From a virus: a stretch of 41,619 nucleotides of DNA. The translations under genes and the position numbers were made by a program. Position 1 is the stretch's first letter; each line of letters starts with the position of its first letter. The notes below the pieces were generated by a model. The model was given only the letters and a program-made list of their open reading frames with translations, searched no databases and was not told where the DNA came from. Positions 6,116 through 16,013 of the stretch are shown one piece after another. The stretch lies in IMG/VR virus record IMGVR_UViG_3300045988_089644, one strand, 5' to 3'.

Positions 6116-8335
6116 TCATGCTGTTATCTGAGATTTCCATGAGGCGATTGCAGTAGTATAAGCATCTGAATCACGGTCAGGAATATATACCAAGCGACCC
6201 CCGATACTCCGAGTACGACCACCGACACCGTCATTCAGAAACCAATAGAACGCACCCGCATTAGACCAATAAGACCAAAGACCGCCCAGCCGAGCGATAC
6301 GGTAACCATTCAAATTCCGTGTGAGATATGTATAATCACCAACAGGCAACGAACTATTACCCAATGTTTCCGATGCAATAAACAGCCAGTCGAATTTTGT
6401 AGAATATCCCATTGCTGAGATATACCCCTCTTTAGGTGCTACAGTGAATCCAGCAGGTTCATAATTTCCGCTGTTTTTATTCTCAGCAAAATTGAAATCA
6501 GAACAAATGTAAGGCTGTCCACCGTCCATTTTTCCATTACCCCAAATACTGATACCGTATACAAATTTCCAAATGTTACCCCAAAAGTTTTCTTTACCTC
6601 TCCAACATACGGAAGTCTTACTGTCAACAGTGTATTCTTTAGCAGAACCGCCCTCGTATGTAGTTGTTTTTTCTGCTCTACCTGTTCCATTGCCAAGTGC
6701 AGCGGTTGAACCTGTAGCAGCTGCATATGAACTTGTAGTATCATCTCCTGTACTATACGGTAACCCTACAACACCTTGACCGACACCAGTTTGTGTGTTC
6801 ATGATTCCAAGTTCAATAATCATTAATAACTGTTCAGCCGACACAGGTTTGATTAAATCGCCATGCCAGTTAGTACCTCTATTTTGTGCCATTTTTTCAA
6901 TTTCGGTTCTTGTAAGATTCTGTGAAGAACCAGATGCAGGTCTTGCGCCTGCGATACTTGAAAATTTATCTTCTGCGGAAGACATAAGCTGTTCGTCTTG
7001 TAAAAGATAAGCCGCTGCACTCGTATCATAAAGACTACCTTCGTATGTAGCTGTCAGATAATAATCAATCTCTTTTCCTGACGCATCATAAAAAGCCGGA
7101 TGCAGTCTAAAACCTGCACGTGGTTTTTCACATACATAATAGTTTGCCTTTCTCAGATGATAACCAATGCCTGTATCAATCGGATCATATTCTACCGGGC
7201 AAACTAAATAATAGAATTTTGGTTGATATACCATAACCTGCCCGTTTGAACCATCTTCTGTATAATTATTATCACCGTACCATGCGTTGATAGTTCCATC
7301 GTCCGCAACATTACATTTACGTCTACCACCGTACATACTGAATTTGTCGAAGTCACTTCCCGGTGTCAGATTTGCCGCACCTGCTAACCTCTTAAATGTT
7401 TTATTTTTATAATCTACTTGCAAACCTACAATATCATCTGCTGTAAGCCCTAAATATGCTCTTAAGTCAGCAACACCTGATAAGATTTCCTGACTGTTAA
7501 AGTTCTCACTTTTCAGTTCTTCGATGTTTGACGCGGCTGAACTATTTTCACTCTGTAATGACTGTAAAACATTATTACTCGTGCTTGTACTATTATCTAA
7601 ATCCGTCTTAGTCTGATTTGCTTTTGTGATACTTTCATCAAGTTCAGTCTTTTTCACTGAACTAGACTGAATACTTTTATCTAAATCAGTTTTAGATGTG
7701 TCGGAAGTTTTGACACTTGCATCTAACGCTGACTTTGCCGTATTAGCGTTAGTAATAGTTTCATTAAGTGATTTCTTCGCCGCATTAGCGGCGGTGTCAA
7801 TCTCTGTAATCTTGCTAGATGTATAATTATTAATCTCTTTTTCAGCTGTTACCTTTTGGTCGGTAATATATGATGATGTACTGTTTTCAACCTTTTGTAC
7901 TGATGCGTTTGCCTGCGCTTCTACTGCGGAAACAGCTTTCTGTTTCGCCGCATTAGCGGCGGTGTCAATCTCTGTTGTTTTACTTTCAACATGACTGTCA
8001 AAAGTACTTACAATATTATTGATATTCTGTTCTGACTGTTTTGCAGCCTGCTGTGATGATGATGCACTACTCGCTGCGGAACTTGCGGAACTTGCCGCAT
8101 TTGCGGCTTTATTTGCATTTTCTTTTACTTCTTTATGTTTCTGTGTAACATCTGACTGCATTTTGGTGATTTCAGTTTTAATTGTTTCTACAGTTTTTTT
8201 ATCATCTGCCACCTGTGTAGCCGATTCAGCAAAATTTGCCAAAACTTCTCCGAATTCTTCTTTTGTACCTGTGTACCCGTGTGCTTTTGCATCAGCATAA
8301 GCGGTAACTGTACCTAAATTTGTTTTTATACTCAT
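6116..8335 (-). CDS. Tail fibre / receptor-binding protein; DGR target with C-terminal CLec-type variable domain
   Basis: 739 aa. N-terminal fibre-like region with Ala/Ser-rich coiled segments and a repeated TEIDTAANAAK block. The C-terminus GGLWSYWSNAGAFYWFLNDGVGGRTRSIGGRLVY carries the VR. Confidence 0.85.
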   Translation of the reverse strand: MSIKTNLGTVTAYADAKAHGYTGTKEEFGEVLANFAESATQVADDKKTVETIKTEITKMQSDVTQKHKEVKENANKAANAASSASSAASSASSSQQAAKQSEQNINNIVSTFDSHVESKTTEIDTAANAAKQKAVSAVEAQANASVQKVENSTSSYITDQKVTAEKEINNYTSSKITEIDTAANAAKKSLNETITNANTAKSALDASVKTSDTSKTDLDKSIQSSSVKKTELDESITKANQTKTDLDNSTSTSNNVLQSLQSENSSAASNIEELKSENFNSQEILSGVADLRAYLGLTADDIVGLQVDYKNKTFKRLAGAANLTPGSDFDKFSMYGGRRKCNVADDGTINAWYGDNNYTEDGSNGQVMVYQPKFYYLVCPVEYDPIDTGIGYHLRKANYYVCEKPRAGFRLHPAFYDASGKEIDYYLTATYEGSLYDTSAAAYLLQDEQLMSSAEDKFSSIAGARPASGSSQNLTRTEIEKMAQNRGTNWHGDLIKPVSAEQLLMIIELGIMNTQTGVGQGVVGLPYSTGDDTTSSYAAATGSTAALGNGTGRAEKTTTYEGGSAKEYTVDSKTSVCWRGKENFWGNIWKFVYGISIWGNGKMDGGQPYICSDFNFAENKNSGNYEPAGFTVAPKEGYISAMGYSTKFDWLFIASETLGNSSLPVGDYTYLTRNLNGYRIARLGGLWSYWSNAGAFYWFLNDGVGGRTRSIGGRLVYIPDRDSDAYTTAIASWKSQITA
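6187..6299 (-). repeat. DGR variable repeat (VR) inside the fibre gene
   Basis: See the TR entry. It lies in the last ~60 codons of the 6116..8335 gene. Confidence 0.9.
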
Positions 8336-8985
8336 GACATTTCTACCTCTAGCATTCCATCGTCATTCAGTGTAAAGTTTACACTATCAATAATATTTTC
8401 TGTACGAGTCAGGTATAAACAACCATCCTCACCTATTTCGAGATAACAAAAACCGTTTTTAGTAGCAACCTGTTTCGCTTGTTCTGAATAATACCTTGCG
8501 TTATCTGTATTTCTTTCTGGATAAGCACTGTGTCCATGTGCCCATGATTCTGACTCTACTGACTTATCTATTGACACATCTCTAGCGTTTTCTGTCTGCT
8601 TTAAATATTCAGCTACAGCGGCGATTGTATAATGAAATAGGTCAACATCCTCAGAAGTTTCAAATCCTTGTGGTGCAGGACGTTTATTTACAAGCATCTG
8701 TATAGTGTTTGTTGTCTCACCTTCTTCTACACTGGACAAATAAATGTATGTTGTAATGGCACGTCTTTGTGTAAGTGCTTCATTCGGAATATCTACACTT
8801 GATACTCCATTTTCAGTATGTCCCGTCATAATCTTCGCATTTTCTAAACCCTGCCAGAAAAAATGTACTTCGAAGATTGTCGGAAGATTTAAGCCATTAA
8901 TCTGTAATTTCTGTCCATAGTCATATTGCCATAATCCTTCTAATTCAATCTCTTCATCTTTTCGTGTAAAATTTGCAACAAGCAA
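8332..8985 (-). CDS. Hypothetical tail/baseplate-associated protein
   Basis: 217 aa. Positioned between Tal and the fibre, with 4-nt overlap to the fibre gene. Confidence 0.5.
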   Translation of the reverse strand: MLVANFTRKDEEIELEGLWQYDYGQKLQINGLNLPTIFEVHFFWQGLENAKIMTGHTENGVSSVDIPNEALTQRRAITTYIYLSSVEEGETTNTIQMLVNKRPAPQGFETSEDVDLFHYTIAAVAEYLKQTENARDVSIDKSVESESWAHGHSAYPERNTDNARYYSEQAKQVATKNGFCYLEIGEDGCLYLTRTENIIDSVNFTLNDDGMLEVEMS

Positions 8986-9009
8986 TTACATCACCTACCT
9001 TTTTTTTTA

Positions 9010-11361
9010 CTAAATCGAATATTTTCCCTCATAATCCAATACAAAAATATTTACATCATAAATTTGTAATGACACCGAAATGCTTTCAATAGGTGCGGCT
9101 CTAAAGTCTACCCTGTCGTTTTTTTCTAGCTCTAAAGTGTATGTTTTAAGAGATGTGTACCATGCGTCGGTCGGAGAATATGCTGTGTCAGTATAACTAG
9201 GATATTTCTCATTATTAACAAACGGGGCAAAATTGCATCGTTTGTTTGCCCTGGAAGATTTGACTGCAAGTCTTACAACAAACTGATAAACACCTTTTTT
9301 CTGAATTATAACTTGAGTATTGCTTCTCGAAATGAATCCTGATTTTTTAATATTATCATCATTTGTTGTACTGAATGCCGGGACAACCGTCCATTTATCA
9401 TTATCTGTACCCGTACCTATTGATGCCTTACTCCAATATCTACTAACTAACCCACCGTGACACTCTTTTAAAGACCTTGCGCTTAATCTTTGACCTGCTC
9501 CACCATTCGTCGGGTCAGCAAGATATATTACAAATTCGTTACCATCCGAACTAATGCTTATTTTCCCTCGTTCTATACCATCTTTGTAAAAACTTAATAT
9601 ACCGTTTCTCATCTCGATTCGAACATTAAATTCTTCTGAATAAGAAAGGATAGAACCATCTGCTTTAATAACTGCTAAACCCTGATATGAATTATTAATT
9701 TTTTTCTGAATAGAAAACACCCATGTATTTTTCCCACTGTTTGTATTAGGCGGTTGAAAATACACTCTATAACTATCAGAATCTATTGTAACGTCTTTGT
9801 AAATTGCATTCTCATTGACATTCCATCCAGCTATTTCAGCCAATTTTGTTATAAGTTTTCCTGTGCTCGCATCCACCGAAAGAACTATATTTCCATCGTC
9901 ATCTTTAACTGTTAATGCTCCCGTGTTAATCCAGTCTGCATTAATTCCTGTAGCATTTAATATTTTCGTTATTGTAGTACCATCAACTAATGTTCCTACA
10001 TTCCACGTTTTACCCCCATCCGTTGACATTCCCCACCCTGCGGCACTGAGTTTAATGACTGTTGATGAATCTTTCAATGCAGGTTTATCACAAAAATATA
10101 AAATCGTGCTACCATCTTCCTGTGTTTCACTGACAGGAAATAAACCATTTTTAGAATCCATTGCTGTTTGTAATTCTTTAAACGCTGCACTCCATTCGCT
10201 TCTATATTTTCTGATGTTTGCACGAATCTCTTTATATACTTGCGTTGCTTGACTATAACGTGTACTTGACAGTCGAGCTGGAACTTCTGCGCCGCAGATT
10301 AACGCTTGTGCTGTATGCGCTACATAATTTACATTTGTAAATATTGTCTTATATTTATTACCTTTACTGTCAATAACCACAGCAAGGTCACCTGATTCCC
10401 GGCACGGGTCTGTGGATGCATTTATACTGACAGGTCTAAACTGTAATCCATTTAGACATTCACCGAGATAATTAACTACCTCTGCACCTTTTCCACCTTG
10501 GATTAACTTGTTACCTGATACTTCTAACACATAACCATCTGTACCGCTTTTATACGTTACTTCTGAACTGGAATTTTCCTCATCTCTGTTTTCTTCTATG
10601 ACTTTAATACCTGTGATAACTACATCATCCGTCTGTAATGTGGAACCTGTATGCAGTTCGTCAATGAGTATAACTTTTTCAGTATTGACATTATTCATAT
10701 CAATACTTTCAAGGGTGTCTGTATCATACCATTTAGCCGATAACTTACCTTCTGTATTTATCTTAAAGAATGTACATGAAATCTGACCTACAAATTGCAG
10801 AACTTGACGAAATGTTAATGCAGAATCGTTCGGTCTATTCTGAACAACATAATTACTTTTATTAAAATTTGCTGTGTCCGGCGCAAGTGTCACACCACAA
10901 CATGAACACGCATCCCGGACTACAGCACCTAGTGTTGCCGGATACACAAGTTTACTCTGAGAATAATCAGCATCAAACTTTACCATGTTATCAAATGCAT
11001 TTACTGAAATCGTATCACCTGACACCGTACCAGGTTCAGCCTTGAATATACCTTTATTTAACCACTCTATTGAGTTGTCTGATAATTCTAATCCTATTTT
11101 AGCGGTAATTACAGCATCACTAAAATCATGATTATCAAACTTACCGTCAACATTATTCAATTTTAATAATAACTGTTGCGCTATTGCTGAACCGATGTCA
11201 AAACTACCTGTATTAGACGTAGCATCTAACAACTGAAAAGCAAACAGGTCAATATCATCTACAGTCATACTTGTCTGATCTGCAAATTTGATATTGACCT
11301 CATGATGAAATATTCTATTTTCCTTTATTGCTTCTTTATATGCTGCTGTTGTTTTTATCAT
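9010..11361 (-). CDS. Tail-associated protein (Tal / prophage-tail minor structural protein)
   Basis: 783 aa. Follows the Dit-like gene and the TMP, which is the canonical siphovirus order. Confidence 0.65.
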   Translation of the reverse strand: MIKTTAAYKEAIKENRIFHHEVNIKFADQTSMTVDDIDLFAFQLLDATSNTGSFDIGSAIAQQLLLKLNNVDGKFDNHDFSDAVITAKIGLELSDNSIEWLNKGIFKAEPGTVSGDTISVNAFDNMVKFDADYSQSKLVYPATLGAVVRDACSCCGVTLAPDTANFNKSNYVVQNRPNDSALTFRQVLQFVGQISCTFFKINTEGKLSAKWYDTDTLESIDMNNVNTEKVILIDELHTGSTLQTDDVVITGIKVIEENRDEENSSSEVTYKSGTDGYVLEVSGNKLIQGGKGAEVVNYLGECLNGLQFRPVSINASTDPCRESGDLAVVIDSKGNKYKTIFTNVNYVAHTAQALICGAEVPARLSSTRYSQATQVYKEIRANIRKYRSEWSAAFKELQTAMDSKNGLFPVSETQEDGSTILYFCDKPALKDSSTVIKLSAAGWGMSTDGGKTWNVGTLVDGTTITKILNATGINADWINTGALTVKDDDGNIVLSVDASTGKLITKLAEIAGWNVNENAIYKDVTIDSDSYRVYFQPPNTNSGKNTWVFSIQKKINNSYQGLAVIKADGSILSYSEEFNVRIEMRNGILSFYKDGIERGKISISSDGNEFVIYLADPTNGGAGQRLSARSLKECHGGLVSRYWSKASIGTGTDNDKWTVVPAFSTTNDDNIKKSGFISRSNTQVIIQKKGVYQFVVRLAVKSSRANKRCNFAPFVNNEKYPSYTDTAYSPTDAWYTSLKTYTLELEKNDRVDFRAAPIESISVSLQIYDVNIFVLDYEGKYSI

Positions 11362-11365
11362 GTTA

Positions 11366-11725
11366 CTACCTCTGAATAATATCTACCGATACTGATTTAT
11401 AATAATATATACCGTCTGACAATTCTCCTAAATGTTCTTTACTTAACGTACCTCTGTAAGAGTCTATTGTGATATTTACACCATCGTCACGAAAAGAAAA
11501 CGAGAAAAATCCTGTTACTAAAGTATTTTTAATTAATTTCATTTCTGACTCTGTTAAGTATTCCCACTTAATACTTAAATTCTTCTTTTCTGCGACAACA
11601 TCACCAACCATCTTGCCTGATAAGGTTCGTCCTGTATCGGAAGACCAAATTATTTCATTATTTACTGTCAAGGCGGTTGGAGCTGGAAGTGTTGTGCTTC
11701 CAGACCATAATATCTTTTTCGCCAT
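11366..11725 (-). CDS. Small distal-tail (Dit-like) protein
   Basis: 119 aa, immediately after the tape measure. Assigned by position only. Confidence 0.4.
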   Translation of the reverse strand: MAKKILWSGSTTLPAPTALTVNNEIIWSSDTGRTLSGKMVGDVVAEKKNLSIKWEYLTESEMKLIKNTLVTGFFSFSFRDDGVNITIDSYRGTLSKEHLGELSDGIYYYKSVSVDIIQR

Positions 11726-11727
11726 TT

Positions 11728-14724
11728 TTATTTTACCTCTACTGAATTATATCTAATATCAATAGCTGACTGAGCCGCCTGTATCGCTTTAGTAATCTGA
11801 ACAGAATCAAGATAAAATCCCATATTACTTAATGCGGCAATAATACGCATAACTGCGTTATTGATGATTCTTTCAAAATCTTCACGTGTGATAGCGTTTT
11901 GCGATGCATTTCTAACTGCTTCTTCTGCCATTTCACGTAATTTATTCTCAGGAGCAACAAGTTCACCTTGATGTCGGTTATCACCAATCATCGCCAGCTG
12001 TGGTGTATTCTTTTTAACATATGCACCGTTCGCCAACATAGGAATGTACGACATCTTACCTATATTGAACCCTCTGAACCCCCATGAACTTCCACCGAAA
12101 ACTGGAATCCAGTCGGGGACATTAATCGAAAATCTAATACTATTGATTTTTCCAATCAAAGAGTTGATTGTTTTAATTATCGAGTTAAATGCTGCAATAA
12201 TAGAATTCAATGGTTTTCTAGCAAGTGAACCTAATCCATTGAATACATTCGTAAAAGTATTTTTAATACTACTCCATGCCTTTTTCCACTTATTTAGGAA
12301 TTTATTATTTATGAAAGTAATAATTCCATTAAAATAAGTTTCACCAGAATTGAAAACATTTTTCAGTTTACTCTTTAATTCCTCAGACGTGGATTTTAGT
12401 ATCTTAAAAGATGCTTTCCACGATGGAGTGAACACACCAGTCAGGTGTGATAATATACCACTAAGAGTATTTTCTTTTATAAACTTCCACGCTGCACTAA
12501 AAGCGGTTTTGAATCCAGTTACTACTTGTTTTAAGCCGCTAAATGCTTTCTGCCAGTCGCCGGAAAATATTCCTGTCAGAAAATCTATTAACCCTTTAAG
12601 TACTTTAGTAATACCTTTTATTGCGTCCGATGTTATAGTTAATAAATCTAAAAATTTATCTCCTAACCCCTTAACGATAGGGGCTAAAATCGGCATAATA
12701 TTTTTAACAACCCAGTTTATAAATGGTTGTAAAATATTTTTCCAGAGTACTTTTACTAAATCAGCAACACTACCAAGTAAATCAATAATACCGTCCAAGG
12801 CTGGTTGTACATGTTTTTTCCATGTGCCATCAAATTCCGTTGCCAAATCTTTTAAAACAGGGGCTATATAAGTGTTGAATCCATCGAGTAATGTTCCGAC
12901 AATATCAGATATACCCTTTGCAATAGAATCAAATAGTGGTTCTATATGCTCATCATACACAGCATTTATTTTCGTAAAAGTGTCTTTTACTGACTGATGA
13001 ATCGTATCTAACACAATTCGAATCGGTGCTAAGATATTTTCAAATGCTGTTTTTATCTTATCTACGTTCTGCGTAACAGGTACGACAATAATTTTTGCAA
13101 GGTCTCTTACAAATTTCAGACTAACTGTTATTGCTCCGAGATAACCATCTGCAAAAATACCAATAATATCAGCTGTTATTCCCTTTGCATCATCACTTGA
13201 AAAAACGTCAAAAATATCCGCAATGGCAACCATGAAATCACCAGATAAATCTGCAATTTCTCCTGTTACATCGAAAATAGATATGAGGTTCTTTTTAATG
13301 TAATCTTTACTTTTTTCGAGATATTTATCTACACCGCCGATAAGATTATCGGCAATGGTGAGACCAATTCTAGCAAAAGAACCTGTGATTTTTCCAAATG
13401 CAAGTGCAATAGAATCTGCACATTTATTTGCCGCACTAACGACCGCCGGGTCTGTAAAGATTTCTTTCAGATTTTTGCCAATGTTTTTGATACTAGCATT
13501 TATTGAATCAATTTTTTTATTTGAATCTCCGAATCCAATCTGAAATCCTTTTTTAAATAAACTTTCAAGTTCTTTGCAACGGTTGATTAACCCTTGCATT
13601 TTTTTATCTGTTTTATCAATTACAGTGTCACCTTGCGCTAAACTTCCAAAATCCGTTGACGGTGTACCACTTCCAGTAGTAGATGAACTACTGTCTGTCT
13701 TTGAATCCAGCTTGTTAATTTTGTCAAATCCCATCAAACTACGCATTGCTTTCGCTGTTTTCTTAGCAGCGTTACCTGCTTTGTTCGTAGAATCTGTCAT
13801 ATTATCAGCGGATTGTGCAGCATCGTCCATACCGTTTCCGGCACTTGTGGCGGCATCACCCATACTGGATATTTGACTCGCACCTGATGATTTATTACCT
13901 GTAAGTAATTCAGTGAATGACTTAAAAGCATTTGCCAGAGTTACAAGCTTGCCAATTAAAAGATTTACAACTTTAATAACTGGGGTGAAGACATTAATTA
14001 ACCCTTGACCGATTGAAGCCTTAAAAGAATCGAACTGTAATTTTAAAATTCTGACCTGATTCGCCCACGAATCTGACGTTCTCGAAAAATCCCCCTGTGC
14101 GGCTGACAGCTGTTCTGATACAAACTGAAATCGTAATGCTACTTTTTCGGCTTCTGACATCTGAGATGTCGTTTTACCGAATCCATTCGCAAGTGCATAA
14201 GAGTCAAGTGCTGTCTGTGTCATAACAACACCTAAATCTTTCAACGACTCTGTTTCACCTGTAAATACAGACTTTAATTTTGTATAAGCTTCATCTTGTG
14301 ATAGATTGTAGAAAGACGCCACATCACCAGCCAAACCCGTAAGTGCGGTTCCCATGTCATAAGCCTGTTGTTCAGAAAATCCAAAGGCTTTTGCCATTGC
14401 TCCATATGTTCCTGTAAACCGTTTTGCCATCGTCTCAGACAGACCGAAATTTTTTACAGCATTTTGAGCAAACTTATCAACCTGTGAGGTCATTGACGGA
14501 AATGTAACATCTACTACGTTCTGTACTTCTGCCAAATCAGAGCCTAATTCAAGGCACTGTTTTGAGAAATCTACAATTTTCTTAACAGAAAAAGCAGCGG
14601 CAAGTGCCATACCTGCCTTTTTTGCAGTACCTTTGATACCTACCATCTGCTTTTCAAATTGATTCTGATTAACAACTAAATCAAGCCCGATTTCTCCTAC
14701 ACTTGTAGCTGCCATATTTACCAC
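11728..14724 (-). CDS. Tail tape measure protein
   Basis: 998 aa. Helical, Ala/Gly/Ser-rich N-terminus and many amphipathic repeats. Sits downstream of the chaperone genes. Confidence 0.9.
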   Translation of the reverse strand: MVNMAATSVGEIGLDLVVNQNQFEKQMVGIKGTAKKAGMALAAAFSVKKIVDFSKQCLELGSDLAEVQNVVDVTFPSMTSQVDKFAQNAVKNFGLSETMAKRFTGTYGAMAKAFGFSEQQAYDMGTALTGLAGDVASFYNLSQDEAYTKLKSVFTGETESLKDLGVVMTQTALDSYALANGFGKTTSQMSEAEKVALRFQFVSEQLSAAQGDFSRTSDSWANQVRILKLQFDSFKASIGQGLINVFTPVIKVVNLLIGKLVTLANAFKSFTELLTGNKSSGASQISSMGDAATSAGNGMDDAAQSADNMTDSTNKAGNAAKKTAKAMRSLMGFDKINKLDSKTDSSSSTTGSGTPSTDFGSLAQGDTVIDKTDKKMQGLINRCKELESLFKKGFQIGFGDSNKKIDSINASIKNIGKNLKEIFTDPAVVSAANKCADSIALAFGKITGSFARIGLTIADNLIGGVDKYLEKSKDYIKKNLISIFDVTGEIADLSGDFMVAIADIFDVFSSDDAKGITADIIGIFADGYLGAITVSLKFVRDLAKIIVVPVTQNVDKIKTAFENILAPIRIVLDTIHQSVKDTFTKINAVYDEHIEPLFDSIAKGISDIVGTLLDGFNTYIAPVLKDLATEFDGTWKKHVQPALDGIIDLLGSVADLVKVLWKNILQPFINWVVKNIMPILAPIVKGLGDKFLDLLTITSDAIKGITKVLKGLIDFLTGIFSGDWQKAFSGLKQVVTGFKTAFSAAWKFIKENTLSGILSHLTGVFTPSWKASFKILKSTSEELKSKLKNVFNSGETYFNGIITFINNKFLNKWKKAWSSIKNTFTNVFNGLGSLARKPLNSIIAAFNSIIKTINSLIGKINSIRFSINVPDWIPVFGGSSWGFRGFNIGKMSYIPMLANGAYVKKNTPQLAMIGDNRHQGELVAPENKLREMAEEAVRNASQNAITREDFERIINNAVMRIIAALSNMGFYLDSVQITKAIQAAQSAIDIRYNSVEVK

Positions 14725-14754
14725 CTGCCTTTAAAAAGGCATCGGCACACGGCA

Positions 14755-14898
14755 CTACTTGCCTAAGATAATTTCAAATACTTTCTTACAGTGTCGTGCT
14801 TGACACTTAATAAATACACCGTGACATTGTGCGTCTGATGTGTACTGTATTTTCTGTTCATGTCCACAAAAAGGACATTTTATTTTCTTCTTATTCAT
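14755..14898 (-). CDS. Com-like zinc-ribbon protein (about 47 aa from MNKKKIKCPFCGH)
   Basis: CPFC ... KCQARHC gives a C-x2-C / C-x4-C arrangement resembling the Mu Com / Cys-rich KTR fold. The ATG at 14896-14898 overlaps the stop of the upstream gene. Confidence 0.45.
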   Translation of the reverse strand: MNKKKIKCPFCGHEQKIQYTSDAQCHGVFIKCQARHCKKVFEIILGK

Positions 14899-15232
14899 TA
14901 ATTTTCTTACATTTATCCCTCCCACCTGCCATCTCAATGAACGCTTGTCTCATTGATTCAATGAACTGTTCAGTCTGTTCATTTGTCTTTTCTTTCGCTA
15001 CACATGATAACCACTCGTTTCTAATTCTGTGCTGTTCTTTCGTGAAGTTTTTTAAAACATCCTCATTGTCTTCTGCACGAATAGAAACGATTCGCCCTAA
15101 TGCTGTATCGGGTGAAATACCTGTCATTAACTGCCTGAACTCCTGCCAAGGCATCTCATGAATTTCTTTTGATAATCTAATCCCGTATTGAGATTGAAAC
15201 GAAGATACGATTAAATCATAATCGTCTATCAA
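14891..15232 (-). CDS. Tail assembly protein, Phage_Gp15-like
   Basis: 113 aa. MIDDYDLIVSSFQSQYGIRLSKEIHEMPWQEFRQLMTGISPDTALGRIVSIRAE resembles the Gp15 family found between the chaperone and the TMP. Confidence 0.6.
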   Translation of the reverse strand: MIDDYDLIVSSFQSQYGIRLSKEIHEMPWQEFRQLMTGISPDTALGRIVSIRAEDNEDVLKNFTKEQHRIRNEWLSCVAKEKTNEQTEQFIESMRQAFIEMAGGRDKCKKINE

Positions 15233-15246
15233 ATCATAATACGGGT

Positions 15247-15552
15247 CTACTGTTCCCCCGATTCTTCTTCGTCACCCCCGGTAATTAATCCTATTGCTTC
15301 CTGAATTACAGTTTCTAAATCTGCAAACTGTAATTTCATATCACTGATAACTTTTCTCGATTCTTCTGGAAAAATGATATTATAGATTTCAAGCATATCA
15401 TTCACCGACATATTTTCCATATCATTACATTTACCAATTAAAAGGAACATTGTAGCAGCGTCCCCGTTAACTTCTAATTTTTTTCCTGAAATAAGTAAAG
15501 ATGGGTTTCCACCCATCTCTAATTTATCTGTAATATCAATAATTTTTGCCAT
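15247..15552 (-). CDS. Tail assembly chaperone
   Basis: 101 aa, acidic C-terminus, located just after the major tail protein gene. Confidence 0.55.
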   Translation of the reverse strand: MAKIIDITDKLEMGGNPSLLISGKKLEVNGDAATMFLLIGKCNDMENMSVNDMLEIYNIIFPEESRKVISDMKLQFADLETVIQEAIGLITGGDEEESGEQ

Positions 15553-15563
15553 ATCTTTTACTC

Positions 15564-16010
15564 CTATGCTCCGATTGTAACATCTGGTTTACCATTTGAC
15601 ATAATGTCAAATTCAAGAGGTGCTACTGCTGTAGATTCACCTGCACCGAGGTTCTTAACATTGATAACTGCATTTGCAAGTTTAACAATCGTACCGTCTG
15701 GGAATGTCCACTGAAAATCCTTTTCACAATCTCTTCCGTTTTTCCACGTAAGAGCCGCTACAGCATCGTTTCCAGCATCACCTACATTACGCTTTGCCGT
15801 AACCGAAATAGTTACTGATTTTGCAGTCATTAACCTGCGAACCCAGCCTTCGGTATCAAATGGATGCCACTCTTCTACACCGTTATCAAATGATACAGAA
15901 AAGGTCTCACAGTCTGCAATACTTTTCATTGTCGCTGACGTTGAACCTGTGGCTGTATTAATCTGAAACTGGTTCTCATAACAAGGATATACTCCTGTTT
16001 TTCCTGCCAT
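15564..16010 (-). CDS. Major tail protein
   Basis: 148 aa. Positioned between the head-tail connectors and the chaperones. No sheath gene is present, which supports siphovirus morphology. Confidence 0.65.
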   Translation of the reverse strand: MAGKTGVYPCYENQFQINTATGSTSATMKSIADCETFSVSFDNGVEEWHPFDTEGWVRRLMTAKSVTISVTAKRNVGDAGNDAVAALTWKNGRDCEKDFQWTFPDGTIVKLANAVINVKNLGAGESTAVAPLEFDIMSNGKPDVTIGA

Positions 16011-16013
16011 TTT

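Noticed and set aside
7779-7976. Duplicated ~28-bp segment CCGCATTAGCGGCGGTGTCAATCTCTGT inside the fibre gene as a second TR/VR-like pair
   Set aside because: The copies are identical, in-frame and encode the repeated TEIDTAANAAK helix segment. There is no adenine-biased divergence, so this is an ordinary internal coiled-coil duplication.
9815-10252. 145-aa plus-strand ORF inside Tal, plus similar antisense or alternate-frame ORFs (6439..6744, 6573..6779, 8019..8300, 18071..18466, 16414..16602, 35087..35365, 31045..31464, 26809..27234, 1932..2186)
   Set aside because: All are nested in or opposite to longer genes that have recognisable motifs or operon packing. None has independent support.
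12044-13876. Several 60-170 aa plus-strand ORFs inside the tape measure gene (12044..12337, 12350..12871, 13355..13543, 13574..13876)
   Set aside because: They are antisense frames within a 998-aa coherent gene. They have hydrophobic low-complexity translations and no RBS. Such frames are typical shadow ORFs in AT-rich DNA.
15233-15552. Programmed -1 frameshift between the two tail chaperone ORFs
   Set aside because: The two ORFs are separated by a 14-nt gap rather than overlapping. The second resembles an independent Gp15-family protein with its own start. I saw no slippery heptamer.
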